Positions 35,832 through 48,153 of a stretch of DNA of 64,000 nucleotides are shown here, piece after piece; position 1 is the stretch's first letter; every line of letters begins with the position of its first letter. Made by a program: the position numbers and the translations under genes. Under the pieces are notes generated by a model that was given only the letters and a program-made list of their open reading frames with translations, did no database searches and had not been told where the DNA came from. Source of the DNA: Anthoceros angustus (Eukaryota; Plantae; Anthocerotophyta). The stretch covers positions 1,178,001 to 1,242,000 of the forward strand of contig VJWM01000025.1 in assembly GCA_010909165.1 (NCBI GenBank), written 5' to 3'.

Positions 35832-36682
35832 GTGGAAGCTGACACCGCGATTCGCGGTAAGGAGTCCGTGGTGGTGCTAAGGTGGTCCTATAATGGATTT
35901 GGAAGCGATCATACCGCAAAACCCGCGCTCAATGCATCACATATGCCCCAATTCCCTGAGAGGCCATGGGAAGATAAGTGGCGCACTCCTTTGGTGCGCA
36001 AGTACCAGCCTGGGAAGCCAGAACGGCCAAAAACGTTCCTGGAATTACAGGCGTTCTTGTTATACGTGGAGTCTCATCATGAGACTTGCAATGTTGAGAA
36101 TTTTCCATATGACCACAGGGACTTGTTTGAACTTGCAGGAAGGGGGATGAACAGGCAATCGTTTGTGTGGACTAGCTTCTGTGAAGGAGTGTTTCGTAAG
36201 TTGGAACATCACCTCTTTATGCATCAAGTTTTTGATCATTGGCCCAAGGAGGGGTTTCTGATGTATAGACAGCAGGAGAAACCTGCAGACTTGCGTAGTC
36301 TGAAGGTGTGGCTTAGCCATTTGCATCAGCGGCGAGACGATCGCTTACCTACTATCCAAGAGCTTTTTATCGCCTATTTGCTTGCTTGCGGACAGGAATT
36401 TTGGAGTGGGATGAGCCCACAACCGAGTGCTGGTACTTGCTGAACAACAACGTGGGTGACTATTTGCGCACACAATGCATCGACAAGTAGTACTACTTGA
36501 ATGGTTTGAATGGACCACAGATGGCCAGAGTCAAGACAGAGCTTGACAGTGATGAGGAAGAGGAGCTAATGGCTCGACATCGAGCCCGAGAACGGCAGCG
36601 ATTGGGAAAAGCGCAAGTAGATGAGTACTTTGATCCTGAAGAACGGCGAGTGGCAGCTCTGCTGTGCAAACACTTAACTTAA
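35832..36682 (+). CDS. Unknown ~280-aa protein downstream of integrase-PHD (one frameshift near 36400, one internal stop)
   Basis: A 203-aa open frame (35832-36443) continues after a frameshift as LEWDEPTTECWYLLNNNVGDYLRTQCIDK*YYLNG...EEEELMARHRARERQRLG...LLCKHLT*. The composition looks globular. The start codon is uncertain. Confidence 0.5.
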
Positions 36683-36730
36683 GTGCGGCTTATGGTCATT
36701 ACCCTCCGCACTAGTTACAGGTCATCACCG

Positions 36731-39700
36731 TGTCCTGACAGCTATGCGGCCCGTAGCGCGACAGGCTCCTCCTTGCTTCCTGAGTCCGGACCTCGAGGTC
36801 CGGTCTCGACTCCGGAGTCTGAACTTCGGGAGTCTACCTTATTCCCTGAGTCCGGTCTGCCGGGTCCGGTCTCATCTCTGGGGTTCGGAGGCTCTTGAGG
36901 CTCTTCTCCCCCGCTGCCGTCGTCTCCAAATAGGGCCACTAGGGTCCCCGTGCTGTCCCCATGCCCTTCATCCCCTTCTGAGCCTTCCGGGGGTCCGTCC
37001 ATTTGTAGCGGGCGCTGAGAGGCTTCCAATGCCTTAAGGAGCTCAGCGTGGTAGTAGGCAAAATCCGAGTCAATTTGCTGGATTGCCTCTTCCACATGTG
37101 CCCGGAGTCTCTCTCTTCGCCATTGGTGCTCCGGAGGAGGTGGCCGTCCGGCTTCTGGACCATCTTCCCTGTGTTCGCCACCGGAGCCGGGCCGACCATG
37201 AGGCCACAAGGGCGCCTGGTCACCTCCTGCAACCGCTGTTGCCCCCCGCCTCCTGCTGCTTCCGCTCGCTAACTTACCGCCATAACAACAGCCCCTTCCG
37301 CCTTCCTTAATCGGACCAGCTAGTTTTTTCTCTCGGTGCTCACTCCCTGCTCATCTCCGGGTTCGAGGCTCTTGAGGCTCTTCCCTCTGCCTCCAAATAG
37401 GGCCACTAGGGTCCCCTGCGCCCCATGCCCTTCATCCCTTCTCGAGCCTTCCCGGGTCCGTCCATTTATGGGCGCCGAGAGGCTTCAATGCCTTAAGGAG
37501 CTCGTAGGTAGGCAAAATCCGAGTCAATTTGCCGGATTGCCTCTTCCACATGTGCCCGGAGTCTCTCTCTTCGCCATTGGTGCTCCGGAGGAGGTGGCCG
37601 TCCGGCTTCTGGACCATCTTCCCTGTGTTCGCCACCGGAGCCGGGCCGACCATGAGGCCACAAGGGCGCCTGGTCACCTCCTGCAACCGCTGTTGCTCCG
37701 GAGCCGCCTTCCTCCTCGCTGCTTCCGCTCGCTAACTTACCGCCATAACAACAGCCCTTCCGCCTTCCTTAATCGGACCAGCTAGTTTTTTCTCTCGGTG
37801 CTCACTCCCTGCTCATCTCCGGGTTCGAGGCTCTTGAGGCTCTTCCCTCTGCCTCCAAATAGGGCCACTAGGGTCCCCTGCGCCCCATGCCCTTCATCCC
37901 TTCTCGAGCCTTCCCGGGTCCGTCCATTTATGGGCGCCGAGAGGCTTCAATGCCTTAAGGAGCTCGTAGGTAGGCAAAATCCGAGTCAATTTGCCGGATT
38001 GCCTCTTCCACATGTGCCCGGAGCACCTCTCTTCGCCATTGGTGCTCCGGAGCCGAGCGTCTGTCCGGCTCGGACCATCTTCCTCGCCAGTTCGCCACCG
38101 GAGCCGGGCCGAATCTCATGAGGCCACAAGGGCGCCTGGCCACCTCCTGCAACATTGTTCCCCCGCCTCCAGCTCCGCTGCTTCCGCCACTACGCCAACT
38201 TACTCATAACATGGCCCCTTCCGCCTTCCTTAATCGGACCAGCTTCTTTCCGGCCCAAAGGCTTTCACTCCGCTTCATCCCGGCCTCTAGCTCCGCCATC
38301 TCCCTCTCCAGACGGCTGCAACTCGCCTGATTGCGTGCTTCCGCCCAGTCCTTCCCATTTCGGCGACGCCCCGCCTCCCCTGCTCCATCGCCTTACCTCC
38401 TCCGTCCGCCAACAGAGCTGGAGCCGCTCTATCTCTCGTTCGTGATCCATGATCACACCCTGCAAGTTGCCATTCCGCTCAATGGTAACTTGGAGCTGCA
38501 GCTCCAGGGTCTCCTTGCGGTCTTCCATCTCCTGCCGCTGTTGCTCCACCTCAGCCTGAGTCCGGAGATCCTCCATCTCCTTGTCGGCTTCCTTCTTCCC
38601 CATGGCTGGTCCGCAGCTGCCGCCTCCGCCTCCGCTCTTCAAAGCGGATCTGAGGCGTTCTATCTCTCGTCAAGTCTTGGATTCTCTCGAGAACCGCCGC
38701 CTTTCCGTCGTCTTGAGTTGCAACTCAAGGTGTCCTCTTGTCCTCCGCCTCCGCCTCCTCTACCTCTCCCCAAGGCCTGAGGTCCCCTGATTTCCGGTGC
38801 CGACCTCCAGTGTTTCCTCACGGCCGACTGCGTTGCTCGCTGCGCCGGCCTCAGATTGGCTGACCGCCTCCCTCCACGGCCGATCACGCTGATAGTGATC
38901 GCGTCTGCCTGCGGCTTCCTTCTTCCGAGATGGCTGGTCACAGCCTGCCGCCTCCGCCTCCGCCTTCAAAGTGCGGATCTCGAGGCGTTCTATCTCGAAG
39001 TCTTGGATTCTCTCGTTGAGAACCCCTCGCCTGATGCGTCTTGAGTTGCAACCCAAGGTGTCCTCTTGCCTCCCCTCCGCCGCCTCCTCTACTCTCCTGA
39101 ATAAGGCCGAGGTCCCCTGATTTCGGTGCCGACCTCTCACGGCTCGACCGTTGCTCGCTGCCGCCGGCCAGATTGGCCGCGGCTCCAGCCTCCACCGGCT
39201 CGATCACGCTGAGTAGTGATCGCGGGCTTTGCTGTGGCTTCCGCCTCGCCTCCGGCTTCGGACCATCTTCCTCGCCGCCTTCACTGGCCGCCCGCCCAGT
39301 CGCGAGCCTTCTTCGCTGCGCCCGGCCTCCTCGCCTCCGCCTCCTCTCCAGAGGTCTCACCGCTTGGGCCTCTAGCTCGCACCGCCACCCATGAAGGAAT
39401 TTAGTCCCATTCCGAATGGACCAGACTTTCGCCTCCCGGCTTCTTCTTCGATGCGGCCGAGAGCTTCGCCTTCCTCCGCCTCCCGGGCCGCCAATTGCTC
39501 CCGGAGGAGCACCATGCGCCTCGTGGCTTCTACTTCTGGGTCTTCTCACCGTCCAGAGACCCCAGAGCATACCGCCCATGACGGTAGCTGTGACTGTCTC
39601 TTCCACGGCCGCCATTGGTGAGGCCCCCAAAAAGTCCGTAGTGGGAGCGGGCATCTCACGGTCCGCCAAGGACCTCCACACCGCAGTCCGGAGCAAGTCC

Positions 39701-42700
39701 TGACTGGGTTCTCCGGACCTAATCAGTCCCTTAGGTCCGATTGCCGAGGTCCCCGAAGCCTCACCTCCTGCAACCGCTGTTGCTCCCCTCGCCCAGCTCC
39801 TGCTGCTTCCGCTCACGCCAACTTACCGCCATAACATGGCCCCTTCCGCCTTCCTTAATCGGACCAGCTTCTTTTCGTCGGTGCTCCACTCCCGCTCATC
39901 CCGGCCTCTAGCTCGCCATCTCCTCTCCAGACGGCCAGCAACTCGCCTGATCAGTGCTTCGCCTGTGTCCTTCCCATTTCATACGCCCCGCCTCCCCTGC
40001 TCCATCGCCTTACCTCCTCCGTCCGCCAATGAGCCGGAGCCGCTCTATCTCTCGCTCGTGATCCATGATCACACCTGTGCCATTCCGCTCACGGTAACTT
40101 GGAGCTGCAGCCTGTGGTCTCCTTGCGGTCTTCCATCTCCGCTGTTGCTCCACCTCACCGAGTCCGGAGATCCTCCATCTCCTTGTCGCGGCTTCTTCTA
40201 TGGCTGGTCCGCACTGCCTCCGCCGCCTCGCCTCCGCCTTCAAAGCGGATCTGAGGCGTTCTATCTCTCGTCAAGTCTTGGATTCTCTCGTTGAGAACCC
40301 CTCGCCTGATGCGTCTTGGAGTTGCAACTCAAGGTGTCCTTCCCATTTCGCGACGCCCCGCCTCCTCTACCTCCTCCTGCATCATACCGAGGTCCCGATT
40401 GCCGAGGTCCCCTGATTTCTCACGGCCGACTGCTTTGCCCGCCTCGCCGGCCAGATTGGCCGCGGCTACCCGCCTCCCTCCACCGGCCGATCACGCTGAT
40501 AGTGATCGCGGCTTGCTGTGGCTTCCGCCTCGCCGCCTTCACTGGCCGCCTCCCGGGCCGCCTCCCGGGCCGCCAATTGCTCCGGAGCCGCCTTCACTGG
40601 CCGCCTCCGCCTCCGCCTCGCCTCCGCCTCGCCGCCTGGCCTCTCAGGCTCGCCACCGCTCACCCAATTTGAAGGAATTTAGTCCGATCCTGAATGGCTG
40701 GACCAGACTTCCTTCGGCCTCGGCTTCTTCGATGCGGCCGAGAGCTTCCTCCTCCTCGCCTCCCGGGCCGCCAATTGCTCCCGGAGGAGCACCATGCGCC
40801 TGGTGGCTTCTACTGGGTCTTCTCACCTGCCCCAGAGACCCTGAGCATATGACGAGAGCTGTGACCCGCTGTGTCTCTTCCACGGCCGCCATTGGTGAGG
40901 CCCCAAAAGTCCGTAGTGGGAGGCGGGCATCTCACGGTCGCCAAGGACCTCCACACTGCATCCGAGCAAGTCCTGACTGGGTTCTCCTGACCTAATCAGG
41001 TCCCGATTGCCGAGGTCCCGAGCTTCACCCTCCTTGGCCCTCTTGGCCGCCAATTCCTTATTCGCCTCTTCGCCCTCACCAGGGCCTCCTCGCCTTGAGG
41101 GGTGAGGGAGCCGACTTTGCCTCCCTCTACCTCCTCCGTTGGGCGGTTGTAAGCCGCCTCGTGGGGTTGCCGCTGACCTCCGCCTCCTTGGCCCTCTTCG
41201 CCTTCCTCCCGCCTCCTTACACCTGCAAGGGCAAAGGCACAGTGCACCGCCCGAGGTGCCGCGGCTACATGGTGGCACGCCTCTTGCCCGGCGAGTTCGT
41301 CGGGCTCCTCCGCCTCCCGGGCCGCCTCCTCCGTTGGGCGGTTGTAAGCCGCCTCGCCGCCTTCACTGGCCGCCCGGGCACAAGAGGAGGGAAGGGATAT
41401 CTTCCCACACTTCCCTAGGTGGTGAGGGGTCCGCTTCTAGACGATGGAGTCCGATCCTTCCTCCCGCCTCCGCCTCGCCTCACCTGCCTTAGGGGTCGGG
41501 CCTCTACCTCGGGCGCCTTTGCCCGCCTCGCTCGTAGGGCCGCCAACCTTCCCGAGCGCCCGCCTACCTCCCCATCCTTCAGAGTGTGAATGTCCCCATA
41601 CATGGATCGGGTATGGGATAGTCCGGACGGCAGTGGCTTCGCCCTCACCAGGGCCTCCGAACCCGGCATGATCCTTCCCCCGCCTCTTGCCCTTACGCAA
41701 CGCACAGAACACCAACAAATTATCACCAAGGTGATCCACCTTGGTGAGCAAGTTCCAGTGACAATGATCCAAGCACGCCTCACCCTTCCGTCAGCAGTCC
41801 GACATCAACCACCGCTGGTTGTCCGTCTTCCGCCAGACGCCGCCCTTGCCGCCTCTATCTTTCCTCGCCTTGAGGGGCCTGACCACGCCCAACCTCCTCC
41901 GTTGGCCGCCTCGGACCTCCAAGGTCCATCTCGATCCTCCCGAGGTTCTTGGATCAACCTCCTTGTTGGCCGCCAACATCTTCCGGCGAACTGACCAGTG
42001 GTGACATCACAAACGCCCCGCATGACTGAACACGTCTAAGTGCCACTCTTCGACTAATCCTCCCGCCTCCTCCACCGGTTTCGATCACGCTGAGCAAGTG
42101 ATCGCGGTCGTTTTGCCGCGGCTTCCGGCTTCCTCGCCGCCTTCACTGGCCGCTACCAAGGCTGGTCCACTGCCGCCACAGTCGCGAGCCTTCTCGCTGC
42201 GCCCGCCTCGCCTCCGCCTCCTCCGCCTCCTCTCCAGAGGTCTCACCGCGCTTGGGCCTCCTCGCCTCTTGCCCACCGCTCACCCAAATGAAGGAATTTA
42301 GTCCGGCCCTGTCGAATGGACCAGATTTCCCTTTCGCCTCCGGCTTCCTTCGATGCGGCCGAGAGCCGCCTTCCTCCTCGCCTCCCGGGCCGCCAATTGC
42401 TCCGGAGGAGCACCATGCGCCCCCTGTGGCTTCTACTTCGGGTCTTCTCACCGTCCAGAGACCCTGAGCATACCGTCCATGACGAGCTGTGACCCGCCGC
42501 TGTGTCTCTTCCACGGCCGCCATTGGTGAGGCCCCAAAAGTCCGTAGTGGGAGGCATCTCACGGTCCGCCAAGGACCTCCACATGCAGTCCGAGCAAGTC
42601 CGGACTGGTTCTCGGACCTAATCAGTCCCTTAGGTCCGATTGCCGAGGTCCGAGCTTCACCCTCCTTGGCCCTCTTGGCCAATTTTATTCGCCTCTTCGT

Positions 42701-44525
42701 CACAGGGCTCGGAGGTGAGGGAGCCGACTCGCCTCTGGGCCGCCTCCCGGCGCAGGGATCGGGCTCGGGTGGGTTGCCGCTGACCTCGCTGCCAAGGCCT
42801 TTCGCTTCTTCTCATCGCCTCTTCACCTCACTCTGCAAGGGCAAGGCACAGCACCGCCCGAGGTGCTCATGCGGATGGCACCGCTTCCGCCTCGTGCTCG
42901 GCGAGTTCGCCGGGCTCCTCTCGCCGCCTGTGGCCGGTGGCCGGGCTGGAGTCGGGCCGCCTCGCCAGACCGGGCCGCCTCCTCCGCTGGGCACTAAGAG
43001 GAGGCGGGGATATCTTCCCACACTTCCCTAGGTGGTGAGGGGGTCCGCTTCTAGACGATGGAGTCCGATCCTTCCTCCTCGCCTCCCCTGACCTGCTTGG
43101 CCTAGGGGTCGGGCCTCTACCTCGGGCGCCTTTGCCCGCCTCCGCCTCGGTAGGGCCACCCTTCCCGAGCGCCCGCCTACCCCATCCTTCAGAGAATGTC
43201 CCCATACATGGATCGTATGGGATAGTCCTGGCAGTGGCTTCTCGCCTCCTCACCAGGGCCTCCTTGTCAACCCGCTAAGATGATCCTTCCTCCCGCCTCC
43301 TCGCCTCTGCCGCAACGCATGCAGAACACCAACAAATTATCACCAAGGTGATCCACCTTGGTGAGCAAGTTCCGATGGACAATGATCCAAGCATCGCCTC
43401 ACCCTTCGTCCCAGCAGTCCGACATCAACCAGCTGGTTGTCCTGTTTCCGCCAAGACGCCGCCTTGCCGCCTATCTTTCCTCGCCTTGAGGGGCTCGGAC
43501 CACGCCCAACCTCCTCCGCTGGTCAGAAGCCTCGGACCTCCAAGGTCCATCTCGATCCTCCCGAGGTTCTTGGATCAACCTCCTTGTTGGCCGCCAACAT
43601 CTTCCGGCGAACTCCTGACTGTGGTGACATCACAAACGCCCGTGACAACGAACACGCCTAAGTGCCACTCTTCGACTAATCCTCCCGCCTCCTCCACCAT
43701 GGCCCAAAGTCCGGATAGCGCCGGTTACAATGTTGCGCCTACCAGTTCCATGGCTCCCATACCTCCGCAGCCTTCTTGGGTCCCATCGCTTCTTCTCCTT
43801 TCTTCGGCTGAGCCGATTGCCCGAGTCGCCGGCACGATGCGCCTTCACGCTGCCGCCAACCCCAACGTGAGCAGGCCAAGATGCCCGAGCTGCTCAAGAG
43901 ATAGCGCCAGAGGGCCGGGTTGCGGAGCGCAAGAGACTGCGAGAATTGTCTCGAGGTCGCACAGAGAAATGACCTCCTCGCCGCCGCCTCGGGACCTCCT
44001 CGCCTTGAGGGGCTCGGAGGGTGCCTTCCTCGTCTGTAATCGCCAAGGTCCGCATGGCTTACTCGCCGCCTCCGCTTACTCTGACCTTACGCCCGCTTAC
44101 TCGCCTTACGCCCGCTTACTCGCCGCCGCTGGGCGTGAATACCGCTATAACGGCCTCGGCAGTGGCTACGGCCCCGCCTTCGCATGCCCGCCCTCCATTC
44201 AGTGGCCCACGTGGCGCCCGCCTCCTCCGCCTCCTCCGACTCACGACTCAACTTCTAAATTACTTTCCCTGGCGTACTCATCCTATTTTGACCCGGAGTG
44301 GGGTCCGGACTTATCCGATACCCGGTCGCAACTGTCAGAATGGTCCGCTATCTCGAGTCCGGAGTACACTCCGAGTCCACCCCGAGTCCGAGTACACTCC
44401 GAGTCCACCCCGAGCGCCCGCCTCGCTCTTATTCCTCCTTTTCCGCCTTATTTTATTCTTCGTACCTACGAAAAAAACAAAACCCCACTTATTTCCTAAC
44501 CCCCAAGGGAAGTCCGTAGCCCACA
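36731..44525 (-). mobile_element. GC-rich retroelement-derived block (LTR-like TG/CA ends), tandemly expanded, with a decayed coiled-coil/charged ORF
   Basis: Nested repeats: ccttccgccttccttaatcggaccagct at ~37294, 37756, 38217, 39842; 41400-42060 matches 43020-43680. Minus ORFs include MGKKEADKEMEDLRTQAEVEQQRQEMEDRKETLELQLQ and LRAHVEEAIQQIDSDFAYYHAELLKALE. Ends are TGTCC (36731) and CCCACA (44525). No TSD. Confidence 0.55.
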
Positions 44526-45700
44526 TGCGTCCACTGCCACTGTTTTAGCAAACAATGTTGGACGAATAAAGTGTTATGAACCATGTCGTGGCTAATAAAA
44601 AAATGATAGTCTTCTCCATAATTGTGCCAGGGTCTTCTAGGTCAACTGGACCATTGCGCTTATAAAACATCAGGACGAGGATAGAGACTTGGTCGTTCTG
44701 CCAATGCATGGACTGAATCTCATTCTGGACTCCAAATGCGTAATTCTGAGAGAAGTCCATCACTAAAACAACAACATCTTGTGGAAACCATTCAAGGCAT
44801 TGTCTGAACTCTATCCCGCCACCGTTGGATGAAATCATGTAGCACAAACTCATGAAGCTTTACCCTTCAAGTACTCCACAAACTCGAATAGGTGTGTTTC
44901 CATGAACACCAACTTTATTCTTTTCTTGTCATTGCCATCTGCATCCTTGCCAACGACTTGATATTGAAAGCGTCGCCACTTAAGAACGGAATCTGCCTGA
45001 ATATCCGCACTTGTCTCCAGAGGACAGAAGAGAAGTGTGGTGACACCACACCTGTCACATGCAACAAGTCAATGACATAGTGGAGGAAAGCAAGTGGGGT
45101 TAGGCTGGAAGAAACGTGGGAACGTGTCATGTGTACAAGCTTGTGTCATGTGTACAAGCTTTGGTCATGTTTTTAGTGCTGAGGGTAAGGCTTCGTGATT
45201 TTATTTCTATGTGGATGCAGGATATGTTGCCTATGGCACACAACATTGCTAAGTATACTGGCCACAGCGATCATGTTTTGAGAAATGCTTGGCTTCAGTC
45301 TGGGCAAGTGGAAGATGCATTAAGGCCTGAAGCCAGATAGCTTAGAAGAGATAGGGTTTCTTTTCACATCATGAGGTATTTGCACATACATGTGCGTGCC
45401 TCTCTGCACAGCTTCCCTATCTATGGCTTTGCCAAAGTGCAGTTCTGTGCTTTCAGAAATATGAACACCATTTGAATGTCTATTTAGCTATGTCCACACG
45501 GTGTAGTATTCAAAAGACCCACCATAGAAGACCGAGGCAGACAACACAAGCTAGCATATAGACCTCGGATTACCACAGACGTTATTGTTCAATGGGGATG
45601 GGAACTTCACACACCAATCTCTGGACCAATCACTGGACTAAATGCTGCACCTTGATGTCATTATGCTCACCCCCCAGATGCTGCTGCTAACATTGCAAGA
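44526..45700 (-). pseudogene. Truncated DDE DNA-transposon transposase, DFxENY/QxEIQSxHW type (Sola2-like)
   Basis: In order on the minus strand: KP*...RTCMCKY (~45385), CDRCG...CPLE...KWRRFQY...KKRIKLVFME..FVEYL, then VMDFSQNYAFGVQNEIQSMHWQNDQVSI (44700-44765), then ISHDMVHNTLFVQHC. The reading frame is cut at 44526. Superfamily assignment is from memory of motifs. Confidence 0.7.
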
Positions 45701-46681
45701 CCTTTCGTAGCACTGCACATCCTCCATATCCATGGCCTGCGTTGGTCGAAGGTGGACCCAGCACTAGAGGGGAGGTGGAACTGTTAGCCCCCGAGCTAGG
45801 TGCCACTCTCTTGGCCACAATTGCACAATTGAAGGTGTTTTCAGTGGCCGCCAAATACTTGCATCGGATGGAAAGGGCACAGGCTCACAAGCGATATTGG
45901 TTGAAGACGCGAGATCTGTGGATGGCGCCGTACGAGAAGGCGACGCCGCCTGCTAGAGTCGGGAACGGTACCGCTTACTTGGCCGCGAGCAGCCCAATTC
46001 AAAATCGCAGCTGAGTGAGGACAGTGGCGGCGATGGCGGCTGTGGCTGCCCGAGTCATGCTGGATGAGTGCGACGGCGGTGACTCTAGTTGTGTGGTGGA
46101 TTGAGAAGACGAAGGAAGACTTGGAGCGCCTGCTGCCTGCTGCAAGGAAGATTAGGAGCGGCTGCTGGTAGGAAGGCTGGGGGCTCGAGGCCGGAGGTTG
46201 TGCATGGGATTGGTGGCATACCCTTTTCTATCGCATTTCTGAGTACATTGTTCTGTAGGTGACACATCTGTTAACGTAGAGCGTGGCTAGGACTTGTATG
46301 TGATAAGAACATGGAGGAGGTAGCTTGGATCAAGGTTGAGGATTTCGGGTGCTGCTCTGTGCATATGCACACATCTGGTCAACATGCCCAATGAATCATT
46401 GTGGAGATCAAGACATTGTCGATTATGAGTTTGGAGATCACGAGTTTGTCGATCAGGAGTTTCACATGCGATTGTCAAGCTTCCAAGAGCTTTTTGAGAT
46501 TTCATGGAGCATACATGTGTGCTACATAACATTGTCCAACAACAAACCTTTAATAACATTGTCCAAAAACACATCCCAAAGGTGGGTTGGCCCATCCACA
46601 GACAACAAGAGTGTGTTGTCACACACTCCTATCACCGATATGACAAAATTGCAATTTGTATGCAAGGACCAGCACAAATCA

Positions 46682-47940
46682 TCAACAAACTTGCTCCAAA
46701 TACACACGGTACTCGGAGGGCAACCAAAACAGCTGCGGATCCTTGCCTCCTTCTTTCTTCTTCGCCAAAGCCACTAGTGGAATTTTTCTCACACAAATAA
46801 TGTCAGTCGGCTGCATGGTTGGAACACCACGAGGCGGATAGTCTAGCAATTGATAAACAAATGTATCGCCTGGAATCATCTCATAGTAGAGGGCTCGGAC
46901 TACCTCAGTTCCGCTCTCAAATTTTCTTTTCCCCCAAGCTAGGTCGATGCAGTCCTCTTCCAACGTTTCCACTTTGGACAGGGCCTTCAACAGGTAAAAA
47001 TCAACATGCTCGGAGTTCGGGTTCTCCGCGGGGACCATAAAGACGTCGCCTACTGTGATGCCATCCGTGTCATGGAGAAGGTTCGCTGGAATCTCCAATT
47101 TGTCATTTGTTGCAGCCTTCTTCTTCAGGCGACCTGGTCATGCTGCCCTGCCTCCACCCTTCCGTTTCAAGGACCCTGGAGTTGGTTGAGGCTTTCCCCG
47201 TGCTGCAAGCCTAGTTTGTCGCATGTGTCCAAATATGTTCACCAGGTCAGCAGCAGGTGCAGGGGCCTGTACAGCCAACACCAATTCACGGGACACAGGG
47301 GCTTGTACATCCTGCTCCACCTGAGCACCTGGAAGGGCAACAACATTGCTTCCCGCCTTAGCCACTACCTTATTGGGGCCCGAGACAACTGCCACTTCCC
47401 CCGTCGTCCCAAATTGCTCATGGCTGCCACAGACAACGACTGTGTCACCAAGTGTTAAAGTGGCCTCTTGCACAAGATGCACCTTAGTGGCCTCTTGCGC
47501 AAGATGGTCCAGAGTGGCGTCTTGGACAATGCGATCCTCAGTTACCTCATGCGCAGGATTCTCGTGAGTGGCCTCTTGCACATGATGTGGCCTAGCACCT
47601 AGCCCAACATCACATGCTGGCAAATCAACAAACAAGTTGCCCGCCATGTCTGATGGCAACTGTGGCTCAATGCTTGACTGAACCACCACCATGTCATTTT
47701 CCTTCGGCAAATCATCCTGTTTGTTGCCGTCCTCGATTTCAGCTGCTAGACTCTCGACTGCGGTCCATGGCTTTGTCAACCAGCCATCCTTCTATGGTTG
47801 CAGCCTATATGCCTCAGACCTCTCAGGACTTGCCTCCTGCTCTTCTCGCCCACCTAGCACGGAAGTGCCTTGATCACAAGCATCATCAAGAACCAACCCC
47901 AAGGATTTCTGGCTTGCAGGAGTCACTGCAAATTTAAAGT
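46682..47940 (-). pseudogene. TE-associated ORF (~400 aa, two in-frame stops); C-terminal domain resembles the tail of plant Sola2-like transposases
   Basis: ORFs 47138-47779 and 46682-47098 are in the same frame, separated by one TGA. The frame extends toward the telomere array. Domain: VGDVFMVPAE...VDFYLLK...WG.RKF..G.EVVRALYYE. Confidence 0.5.
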
Positions 47941-47964
47941 AACATGTAACGCTGCAACCAGTGG

Positions 47965-48153
47965 TTTAGGGTTTAGGGTTTAGGGTTTAGGGTTTAGGGT
48001 TTAGGGTTTAGGGTTTAGGGTTTAGGGTTTAGGGTTTAGGGTTTAGGGTTTAGGGTTTAGGGTTTAGGGTTTAGGGTTTAGGGTTTAGGGTTTAGGGTTT
48101 AGGGTTTAGGGTTTAGGGTTTAGGGTTTAGGGTTTAGGGTTTAGGGTTTAGGG
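47965..48153 (+). repeat. Interstitial telomeric array (TTTAGGG)27, perfect
   Basis: 189 bp = 27 exact plant-type heptamers. Confidence 0.98.

Larger units (their letters stand above)
15130..36727 (+). mobile_element. Ty3/gypsy retrotransposon encoding a cytosine DNA methyltransferase and an integrase-PHD fusion; interrupted by a copia insertion; LTR pair not resolved in the window
   Basis: Domain order gag(3x CCHC)-PR-DNMT-RT-RH-INT-PHD on the plus strand. The ends are approximate. Confidence 0.88.

Noticed and set aside
15138-36727. TGATGAC (15138) / GTCATCA (36721-36727) as the termini of the DNMT element
   Set aside because: No direct-repeat LTR sequence is shared between the two ends and the flanks (TGGTG vs CCGTG) are not a TSD. 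A 7-bp match can be chance.
36900-44500. The many long plus-strand Pro/Arg/Ser-rich ORFs in the ORF track (e.g. 43348-44499, 40291-40995, 1096-1932)
   Set aside because: They are shadow frames of GC-rich repetitive DNA with no recognisable motifs, and they are not conserved in frame between duplicate copies.
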